IMG/VR virus record: IMGVR_UViG_3300014775_000960
Location: 1 to 32,117 of that record
DNA: 32,117 nt
Reading direction: 5' to 3' (one strand)
Source of the DNA: a virus
Taxonomy: Duplodnaviria; Caudoviricetes
The notes beneath the pieces were generated by a model that did not search any database, had not been told where the DNA came from, and saw only the letters and a list, made by a program, of their open reading frames with translations. The translations under genes and the position numbers were made by a program. This document shows, in pieces, positions 6,985 to 13,656 of the stretch (position 1 is the stretch's first letter; every line of letters starts with the position of its first letter).

Positions 6985-7210
6985 TGTAATACTTGATGTT
7001 GCCAGATTCGAGAGCATAGTCGTCGATATCTTCAAAGTATGGATCATCCTCGTCGAAAGGGTTGAGTGGATTGAATAAAGGTTCGAGATCTTTTTGAACG
7101 AATAGTAAAGGCTCTCGCTCGTATTGAATGATTGTAGCGTTTTCGTCAGACAAAGGGATCTCAATGCCAATGTCGAGTAACTGACGAATACGAGAAGTAA
7201 CTGTAAGCAT
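6977..7210 (-). CDS. Small, highly acidic hypothetical protein
   Basis: GGAGA/AGGA SD-like sequence upstream; FDEDDPYFEDIDDY segment. Confidence 0.6.
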   Translation of the reverse strand: MLTVTSRIRQLLDIGIEIPLSDENATIIQYEREPLLFVQKDLEPLFNPLNPFDEDDPYFEDIDDYALESGNIKYYNL

Positions 7211-7228
7211 AGCTGCATCCTATCTCCA

Positions 7229-7264
7229 TGCGGCGAGGCGAAGCCGAGCCGCGAAATTTTTTTT
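7229..7264 (+). other. GAA-triloop hairpin with tandem GA mismatches, followed by a T8 tract
   Basis: GCGGC-GA-GGC-GAA-GCC-GA-GCCGC then GAAATTTTTTTT. Confidence 0.6.
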
Positions 7265-7270
7265 GGGGTT

Positions 7271-7298
7271 AAAAAAAAAGAGCGGCCGAAACCGCTCT
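7271..7298 (-). terminator. Rho-independent terminator of the 7321-7881 gene
   Basis: Minus strand reads AGAGCGGT-TTCG-GCCGCTCT followed by a T run. Confidence 0.85.
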
Positions 7299-7320
7299 AG
7301 TTCTCGAGGTGTGGGAGGTA

Positions 7321-7881
7321 TTAAACTTGCCTTTTCTGAACTTTTTTTCCTCGGTATTTTTCTCTTATTGCGTCCTGATTAACTTTTAACTGCTCTGCCT
7401 GCTGATCAGCTAGCCGTTGCGCTGCTGAACGGTGGACTTTGTTTGGCGTTGTTTTCTTTTGCAACGGCTCGTATTTCTTACCTACGGTTATAAAGTAAGC
7501 GTGTTTTGAAGACTCCAAATAAAGCTGCAAATCTTCTAGTTCTATTTCGCAATTCTCTTGAAGAAACTGCGCTTTTTCTATGGCTGTCTGAGACATTGCC
7601 ATACCGCGCTGTTGATTCTCTTCAGCTATCTGCACTTCCATTGCGTATTTCGTGATCTGCTTGTTTTTATTCGAGATTAGATATTCAGCCTGCGAGACAA
7701 AACCTCTAGCAACATTTTCTTTCTGCCATTCAGTACCTCCGATTAATTCGATAAGTTCAACAAAACGATCAACTGCATAATTCATGGCATGAGTAACTGC
7801 GGTTGCGTCTGTCATTGCTTCTTGATTTCCATTAGCTTCTTCTAATGCTTTCGTATCTACTTTTGATCTAGCCATTTTCAT
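7321..7881 (-). CDS. Orphan helical/coiled-coil protein with basic C-terminus; first gene of the early arm
   Basis: GGAGA SD (start may be the second Met, MARSK); has its own terminator. Confidence 0.8.
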   Translation of the reverse strand: MKMARSKVDTKALEEANGNQEAMTDATAVTHAMNYAVDRFVELIELIGGTEWQKENVARGFVSQAEYLISNKNKQITKYAMEVQIAEENQQRGMAMSQTAIEKAQFLQENCEIELEDLQLYLESSKHAYFITVGKKYEPLQKKTTPNKVHRSAAQRLADQQAEQLKVNQDAIREKYRGKKVQKRQV

Positions 7882-7919
7882 TCTCCATTTACTTGACTAT
7901 GTTTTAGTTTGTAGTCCCC

Positions 7920-8193
7920 AAATTGAACCGGCCGGAAGAGGACGGCAGGGGCGCACCTTGTCTGACTTTCACCTAAGCAAAATCTGGCTACAACAAGAAT
8001 CAGCCTATCTCTTATTCTTGTTGACGCTATTCCGATTGCCCTGCACTCCCTGCCCCTGCCACTTCGGCAGGTTAACAGGCAGGAGAATAATTGCAGGTTA
8101 ACAGCAATCGGAACACTGGGAATGTGGTTAGCCAGATTTTGCTTAGGTTACAAGTCAGCGCGCCCCTGTCTCCTCTTCCAACGTGTTCAATTT
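7920..8193. ncRNA. Structured non-coding element B: ~275-nt branched rod (candidate large ncRNA)
   Basis: Nested stems 7920-7928/8185-8193, 7934-7942/8171-8179, 7944-7954/8160-8170, 7962-7968/8152-8158, 7971-7990/8129-8148 (perfect 20 bp), 7991-8000/8014-8023, 8030-8039/8104-8113, 8040-8045/8092-8097 and 8055-8060/8066-8071. Confidence 0.65.
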
Positions 8194-8205
8194 AATTAGT
8201 TAGTT

Positions 8206-8317
8206 AATTCGTGAATACGAATTCCGTTAAAAGCGGTTTATGGGACGACCGAAGGGAATCTCGGTCGGGGGATTTACAAGACAAATCCCCAACTACAAAG
8301 CGGTGCGTCTGCACCGC
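8206..8317. other. Train of five hairpins adjoining element B
   Basis: 8206-8223, 8224-8236, 8246-8267, 8268-8290, 8300-8317. Confidence 0.6.
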
Positions 8318-8422
8318 AATAATGGACAAGCGCACAAGGCAAGCTGAAGAAGAAGACTGGTCACTTTATCCATCAACTCCGTTATAGCCCCGATCGAAGA
8401 GCGGGTTAACAGCTCCAAAAGA

Positions 8423-8460
8423 ACGCAACGTAATTGTACTTGTGACGTAACGTAATTGTA
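8423..8460. repeat. Tandem 16-bp direct repeat with 22-bp period
   Basis: ACGCAACGTAATTGTA (8423-8438) and ACGTAACGTAATTGTA (8445-8460). Confidence 0.85.
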
Positions 8461-8512
8461 GACAAAGCGGTGATAAACAGGAAATCGTTGGGGAAAAGAA
8501 AAGGGGGCTAGA

Positions 8513-8896
8513 GTGAATAACAACCTGCCAGTTGCAAGAAAGCTAACACGGAAACAGACAGCGTTGGTGGATACGATAGTAGCAAAAGGCTGCAGTATTA
8601 CACAGGCCGCGCCGCTTGCGGGATATGCAGATGGGGAGTCGGGAAGAGTGAGTGCTAGCAAGGCGTTAAAGCAACCGCATGTGCAGCAATACCTGATGGA
8701 AAGAATGAATGAGGAGTTTGGGCTAAGTGCTACAGTTGCTGCAGGGCAGTTACGAAGGCTAGTGACTAACGCAAAGTCCGAGTATGTCCAGTTGGAAGCG
8801 GCTAAGGATTTGTTAGACCGTGCAGGATATAAGCCGATAGATAGATCGCAAGTGCAAGTGGCTGGAGACATACGAGTCCAGATTGATTTGGCTTGA
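8513..8896 (+). CDS. terS: Terminase small subunit
   Basis: LTRKQ...AGY...KALKQPHVQQY HTH and QLEAAKDLLDRAG; first late gene; GTG start after AGGGGG. Confidence 0.8.
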   Translation: MNNNLPVARKLTRKQTALVDTIVAKGCSITQAAPLAGYADGESGRVSASKALKQPHVQQYLMERMNEEFGLSATVAAGQLRRLVTNAKSEYVQLEAAKDLLDRAGYKPIDRSQVQVAGDIRVQIDLA

Positions 8897-9048
8897 ATTC
8901 TGCATTTCGTATCGTGGACTGTCGCTTAGTTTAGTTAGGGGGGTCAAAACTTAGCTTACTGTCGTGTTAGTGTCTCCTTCCCTCGTATTTTTTTCTATCA
9001 AGGTTCGTTTTTCTTTTCAGAATTATTTTTTTATGCTAAAGGACGATT

Positions 9049-9159
9049 ATGAGATATACAAAAGACCCAGAGCCTACTCCCAAGAAGGGAGATAACAAAA
9101 CGGCTAAAGAAAAGTTAGAGAGCGAAGGCTATGCCCGCGAAGAAGTATCAGAATCCTAA
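9049..9159 (+). CDS. Small hypothetical protein, 36 aa (not in ORF track)
   Basis: MRYTKDPEPTPKKGDNKTAKEKLESEGYAREEVSES*; AAGGA SD. Confidence 0.5.
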   Translation: MRYTKDPEPTPKKGDNKTAKEKLESEGYAREEVSES

Positions 9160-9421
9160 AGGCGGTTTGAATGCCGCAGGTCGTGCTTATTTTAAGCGTA
9201 AAGAGGGTTCTAATCTAAAGCCGCCTGTTAAAGATAAGCCAAAGGCGGGTTCGAGGAGAATGGCTCGTAAGGTTTCTTTTGCTGCTAGATTTGCGGGAAT
9301 GAAAGGTCCAATGAAAGATGAGAAGGGTAGGCCAACGCGCAAGGCTTTAGCTTTGAGGGCGTGGGGTTTTAGAAGTGTTGAGTCTGCTAGAAACTTTGCA
9401 AAGAGGCATAAGAAGAAGTAA
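9131..9421 (+). CDS. Small basic phage protein (DUF6321-like)
   Basis: NPKGGLNAAGR...GSNLKPPV...SFAARF...ALRAW pattern recalled from marine phages. Confidence 0.7.
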   Translation: MPAKKYQNPKGGLNAAGRAYFKRKEGSNLKPPVKDKPKAGSRRMARKVSFAARFAGMKGPMKDEKGRPTRKALALRAWGFRSVESARNFAKRHKKK

Positions 9422-9687
9422 TGCCTAGTTCTAAGAATTACATTCGAGATTATTCTTCTAAGGGTGAAGGCAAATATGATAAGTCACCTAAGAGAATGAA
9501 AGACAACCGCGCCAGAAAAAGGGCGCGTTATTTGTTAGAGAAGTCTGGTAAGGCATCGAAGGGCGATGGCAAGGATGTTGACCATAAGAATGGCAATCCA
9601 AGAGACAACAGTAAGAATAATTTGCGTTTAGTTGGAAGGGCGCGTAATAGATCTATTAAGAGAAACAAAAATGCAGGAAAGGCATAA
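9421..9687 (+). CDS. HNH endonuclease-like protein
   Basis: DVDHKNGNPRDNSKNNLR...NR motif. Confidence 0.8.
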   Translation: MPSSKNYIRDYSSKGEGKYDKSPKRMKDNRARKRARYLLEKSGKASKGDGKDVDHKNGNPRDNSKNNLRLVGRARNRSIKRNKNAGKA

Positions 9688-9689
9688 CT

Positions 9690-9890
9690 ATGTGTTTTGG
9701 TGGTAAAAGTGCAGAGCAAATGTACCAAGAGATGAAACCTGAGCCTGTTCCCTTACCTTCTTTATCTTTTGATTCGGTTACGGGTGCAAAGCCTCAGTTT
9801 AAAGATATCAAGAAACCTTCTACAAAAAGAAAAGGTATGACAAAACGATCTTCCCTTCTCAGCACTGAAGTTAAACCTATGGAATATTAA
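9690..9890 (+). CDS. Small virion protein, T7 gp6.7-like architecture
   Basis: MCFGG N-terminus, PEPVPLP segment and KRSSLL near the C-terminus. Confidence 0.55.
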   Translation: MCFGGKSAEQMYQEMKPEPVPLPSLSFDSVTGAKPQFKDIKKPSTKRKGMTKRSSLLSTEVKPMEY

Positions 9891-9891
9891 G

Positions 9892-10158
9892 ATGTCTCAG
9901 AAAAGAATATCACTTCTTATTAAAGAAATAGCCGCGCTTGAAAAGGAACTTGAGTCGCTTAATCCTACATTAACACTCTTTCAGAAGCTAAAGCAGGGTA
10001 TTCGATACGGACTAAGTAGAGACAGTGAAGTGTATAAGGGCAAATCAAATCCAAAACGACAAAAAATAATAGACGCTATAAAACGCAAAGAGCAGCAACT
10101 AAATAAACTGCAAGATAAGATGCCGCAACCTAAAAAAGGAGATCCTAATTTCCCATGA
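9892..10158 (+). CDS. Hypothetical basic coiled-coil protein
   Basis: ORF in the tightly packed late operon. Confidence 0.7.
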   Translation: MSQKRISLLIKEIAALEKELESLNPTLTLFQKLKQGIRYGLSRDSEVYKGKSNPKRQKIIDAIKRKEQQLNKLQDKMPQPKKGDPNFP

Positions 10159-10325
10159 GTACGGTTAATAAAGCAGGTAATTATACAAAACCAAAGATGC
10201 GTAAATCTTTATTCCAAAGTATAAAAGCAAGGGCTACACATGGTACGGCGGCAGGTCAGTGGTCTGCTCGAAAGGCGCAGTTGCTTGCCAAGGAATATAA
10301 AAAGCGTGGTGGAGGATATAAGTAA
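10155..10325 (+). CDS. DUF5872-like N-terminal half, 56 aa (not in ORF track)
   Basis: NYTKP...GQWSARKAQLLAKEYKKRGGGYK; ATGA and TAATG coupling on either side. Confidence 0.8.
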   Translation: MSTVNKAGNYTKPKMRKSLFQSIKARATHGTAAGQWSARKAQLLAKEYKKRGGGYK

Positions 10326-10750
10326 TGAGTGACACACAACAAAACGCACAAGTAACCCAAAGAGATGCATTTAAAAATGCTCAAAAAGGTTTGACGAATA
10401 CAGAAATAAGAAAGGTAAATTCTTTTTTTCAACCTGTTATGAATTTAATTAACAGAGGTGAATTTGATAAAGCTAGAGAAAATTTTAGCCGAAGAATGGA
10501 ACAAGGTGATAAGAAAGCAAACCTTGGTATTAACAGTAAAATGGAAACTGCTCTAAAGAATATGTTTAGAGTTATGACTCAAGGGCCAAGCTCTAAAGAA
10601 AAAAGAGAGGCTCTTAAAAAAGATGTAGCTAAATCCACAAAGCGAAAAAGTCTAATGAGAAGAGCTGCTAGGTTTGGAGGCCGAGGTGGTGGTGGCAGTA
10701 TGAAGATGCCACAAGAGTATGCAAAAACAAGTTTGTTTAGAAAGAACTAA
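10325..10750 (+). CDS. Hypothetical basic protein with Gly-rich tail
   Basis: Coupled ORF containing KRKSLM and GGRGGGG. Confidence 0.7.
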   Translation: MSDTQQNAQVTQRDAFKNAQKGLTNTEIRKVNSFFQPVMNLINRGEFDKARENFSRRMEQGDKKANLGINSKMETALKNMFRVMTQGPSSKEKREALKKDVAKSTKRKSLMRRAARFGGRGGGGSMKMPQEYAKTSLFRKN

Positions 10751-10986
10751 TGAAGAAGTCACAGAAGTCATTACTAAACTGGGGCAAGCAAAAGTGGCGC
10801 ACCAAGTCTGGGAAGAAGTCTAGTGAGACAGGTGAACGGTACTTACCTAGCAAGGCTATTGCTGCTCTTAGTGATGCTGAATATGCAGCTACAACCAGAG
10901 CTAAACGAAAGGGTAAGGCTGCGGGTAAGCAATTTGTGGCTCAACCGAAAGCGATTGCTAGGAAAGTAAAACAATATAGGAGCTAG
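10750..10986 (+). CDS. DUF5872-like C-terminal half
   Basis: SQKSLLNW...W...RYLPSKA..ALS...GKQFV pattern. Confidence 0.75.
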   Translation: MKKSQKSLLNWGKQKWRTKSGKKSSETGERYLPSKAIAALSDAEYAATTRAKRKGKAAGKQFVAQPKAIARKVKQYRS

Positions 10987-10988
10987 TT

Positions 10989-11117
10989 ATGCCTCAAGGA
11001 AAAGGAACTTATGGTTCACAGGTCGGAAGACCAAAAAAGAAAACAATGCTGAAAGGTAAGCAAAAAAACTTGCCACCTGCTTTAAAGAAAAAAATTATGG
11101 AAGCAAAGAAGAAGTAA
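10989..11117 (+). CDS. Very basic 42-aa protein (not in ORF track)
   Basis: MPQGKGTYGSQVGRPKKKTMLKGKQKNLPPALKKKIMEAKKK*; AGGAG SD. Confidence 0.75.
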   Translation: MPQGKGTYGSQVGRPKKKTMLKGKQKNLPPALKKKIMEAKKK

Positions 11118-11342
11118 ATGGCTTGGTATATAAAATCAACTGGTGAACTCTGGACAGGCCCAACACATGAATTACATGGTTTTACTTGGACTGAAATAAA
11201 TCATATGAGCTACTCAGTTAAGCTCGAACAGGGTGATGAACCAGTTAAAGCACGAACAAAGAAGGGTACATTTAAATCAGATGACCCTTCTACGCCTAAT
11301 GTTGATGAATCAAAGAAAAAACCTAAGAAGAAAACAAAATGA
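11118..11342 (+). CDS. Hypothetical protein with ARxxKGxFxxDDPSTP motif
   Basis: Packed ORF; motif recalled from marine phage small proteins. Confidence 0.7.
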   Translation: MAWYIKSTGELWTGPTHELHGFTWTEINHMSYSVKLEQGDEPVKARTKKGTFKSDDPSTPNVDESKKKPKKKTK

Positions 11343-11539
11343 GTTTTGTTGATATGCTCAAGCCTGAAGAATTACGGATGCTTCGAGGTATTGTAAAAAA
11401 AGTTCATTTTAAACACTTTGATGAAAAACATGGAGCTGCTTTTGTAACGAATAAAATGATTGATGGGGTAATAGATAATATTGGCCCTGATGTTGCGGAA
11501 GCAATGATAAAAGCGGGTGTTGATAAAGGCTTGCGTTAA
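11339..11539 (+). CDS. Hypothetical protein
   Basis: ATGA-coupled ORF. Confidence 0.7.
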   Translation: MSFVDMLKPEELRMLRGIVKKVHFKHFDEKHGAAFVTNKMIDGVIDNIGPDVAEAMIKAGVDKGLR

Positions 11540-11871
11540 TGGAACTTACAGAAGTTGAAAAATCTGTTTTGTCTGTAATGGTTCAATATGGACCTCCTTG
11601 GTTTTTTAGAGCTATAGATCCATCCACACCTACTTTAAATGGCAAAACAATATTTAGCTATACTCATGAAATAGATGGTAAAAATTTTTTATATCCTTCT
11701 ATAAGAATGAAAAATGGCAAATTAAAAGATTATGATGAAGAAGCTTTTAAGAAAGCAGTTGAAAATCAGGACTATGTAATTTTACCTGATGATGTAGATC
11801 CAGAATTTTTTTCTAAAACATTAAGTGATGTAATAGATAAGTTTAGAAAAAGATCTATAGATGGCAATTGA
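11539..11871 (+). CDS. Hypothetical protein
   Basis: TAATG-coupled ORF. Confidence 0.7.
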   Translation: MELTEVEKSVLSVMVQYGPPWFFRAIDPSTPTLNGKTIFSYTHEIDGKNFLYPSIRMKNGKLKDYDEEAFKKAVENQDYVILPDDVDPEFFSKTLSDVIDKFRKRSIDGN

Positions 11872-13387
11872 TTTTTCATATAAACCTGATGGTGAAGTTT
11901 TAAAAACTTTTATGAAAGACAATACCTTTTTTCGTGGTATAAGAGGACCAGTTGGGTCTGGGAAATCAGTAGGATGTTGTGTTGAAGTTTTTAGAAGAGC
12001 TTTGGAGCAAAAAAAATCTCAAGACGGATTACGAAAATCCAGATGGGCTATTATACGAAACACAAACCCACAGTTACGAACTACAACTATTAAAACATGG
12101 CTTGATTGGTTCCCAGAAAATGAATGGGGAAAATTTAACTGGTCAGTCCCATACACCCATAGAATTAAAAAAGGCGAAGTAGACCTTGAAGTTATCTTCT
12201 TAGCATTAGACAGACCTGAAGATGTAAAAAAACTTTTATCTTTGGAACTTACTGGCATATGGATTAACGAAGCAAGAGAAATACCAAAATCTATTATTGA
12301 TGCTTGCACTATGCGTGTTGGCCGCTTTCCTTCTATGCGAGATGGTGGACCGTCTTGGACAGGAGTTATTGCAGACACAAATGCTCCTGAAGAAGATCAC
12401 TGGTGGCCTATTATGTCTGGAGAAGTTCCTATTCCTGATCATATACCAAAAGAGCAAGCAAAAATGCTTGTAAAACCTGATAACTGGGAATTTTTTGTTC
12501 AACCTGCCGCAATGATTGAAGAAAAGCATGAAGATGGAGAAATAAAAGATTACATAGAAAATCCTATTGCTGAAAACAAAAAAAATATGTTGAAGTCTTA
12601 TTATAAAAATTTAATACGAGGTAAGACTAAAAGTTGGATAGATGTTTATGTTATGAACAAACTAGGCTCTATCCAAGATGGGAAACCTATATATCCAATG
12701 TTTGCATCTGAAGTACATATTGCCAAAGAAGAAATACCTATTGCAGCTAATTTACCTGTGTATGTTGGTCTTGATTTTGGTTTAACTCCTGCAGCAACTA
12801 TTGGTCAAAAGGTAAGGGGTCGTTGGTTTATTCAACAAGAAATTGTCGCTATTGATATGGGAATAGTTCGTTTTGCAGAAGTACTTCGGCAAGAATTAGC
12901 GACAAGGTTCTCCGCAGCATCAGAGGTAATTATTTTTGGTGATCCTGCAGGAGATTTTAGAGCGCAAACTGATGAATCCACTCCCTTTCATATTTTGCGC
13001 GGTGCGGGTTTGAGGGCTTTTCCCGCTCCCTCCAACTCTGTTGACCTTCGTCTTGAAGCTGTCTCTTCCCAGCTTAATAAGATGTCTGAAGGTAAACCCG
13101 CATTTTTAGTTGACAGAAGATGCTTGCAGTTAATTAAAGGATTTGAGGGTGGGTATCAGTATAAACGTATGGAAGTATCTGGTGAAAGATATTCAGATAA
13201 ACCTGATAAGAATATGTTCTCTCATATACATGACGCTTTGCAATATATGTTACTTGGAGCAGGAGAGGGTCGAGCTTTGATGAACACTCAAAAACCAATT
13301 AAACCTGTTATCGCAACAAGAAATTTTGACGTTTTCAAAAAAAATCGTATAAGTGTAAAAAAACAACCATTTTGGCAAAGGATGTAG
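11861..13387 (+). CDS. terL: Terminase large subunit
   Basis: Walker A GPVGSGKS, Walker B GIWINEARE, DTN coupling motif, nuclease motifs VGLDFG and HIHDALQY. Confidence 0.95.
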   Translation: MAIDFSYKPDGEVLKTFMKDNTFFRGIRGPVGSGKSVGCCVEVFRRALEQKKSQDGLRKSRWAIIRNTNPQLRTTTIKTWLDWFPENEWGKFNWSVPYTHRIKKGEVDLEVIFLALDRPEDVKKLLSLELTGIWINEAREIPKSIIDACTMRVGRFPSMRDGGPSWTGVIADTNAPEEDHWWPIMSGEVPIPDHIPKEQAKMLVKPDNWEFFVQPAAMIEEKHEDGEIKDYIENPIAENKKNMLKSYYKNLIRGKTKSWIDVYVMNKLGSIQDGKPIYPMFASEVHIAKEEIPIAANLPVYVGLDFGLTPAATIGQKVRGRWFIQQEIVAIDMGIVRFAEVLRQELATRFSAASEVIIFGDPAGDFRAQTDESTPFHILRGAGLRAFPAPSNSVDLRLEAVSSQLNKMSEGKPAFLVDRRCLQLIKGFEGGYQYKRMEVSGERYSDKPDKNMFSHIHDALQYMLLGAGEGRALMNTQKPIKPVIATRNFDVFKKNRISVKKQPFWQRM

Positions 13388-13389
13388 AT

Positions 13390-13656
13390 ATGTGTTTTGG
13401 TCCATCAAAAGCAGAAAAAAAAGCAGCAGCAGAAGCAAGAATTGCTGCTGATGAAAAGAAACAAGAAGAAATAAATGAAAAAGCTAAAAAGAAAAAAGAA
13501 GATATTGTTGTTGCAATAAAAGAATCAAATACTGGTGGTAAAGGCACTGGTCGAGGTGGCAGTTCTTCAACAAGCACTAAATCATCATATGGTAGAGAAT
13601 CTCTTATGATGGCAGCGGGTCAAGGTTCACAAGGATTCTTAGGACGATATGGATAA
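13390..13656 (+). CDS. Small virion protein upstream of portal (T7 gp6.7/gp7.3-like architecture)
   Basis: Start moved to MCFGPS; GRESLM motif and Gly-rich C-terminus; position before the portal. Confidence 0.65.
   Translation: MCFGPSKAEKKAAAEARIAADEKKQEEINEKAKKKKEDIVVAIKESNTGGKGTGRGGSSSTSTKSSYGRESLMMAAGQGSQGFLGRYG

Noticed and set aside
6586-7218. ORFs 6586-6882 (+) and 6700-7218 (-) crossing element A
   Set aside because: They overlap better-supported genes, lack clear RBSs and stay open mainly because the hairpin region is GC-rich
8192-8207. TTAA...TTAA as a CtrA box
   Set aside because: Spacer is 8 nt rather than the canonical 7
8344-8350. CTGAAGA as a hammerhead ribozyme core
   Set aside because: No correctly placed GAAA or stems II/III follow
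6773-8460. CRISPR array or tRNA genes in the hairpin-rich region
   Set aside because: The hairpins differ in sequence, there is no repeat-spacer periodicity, and I see no tRNA cloverleaf with a T-loop consensus
8293-8871. 192-aa minus-strand ORF
   Set aside because: Antisense shadow of terS with no recognisable motif
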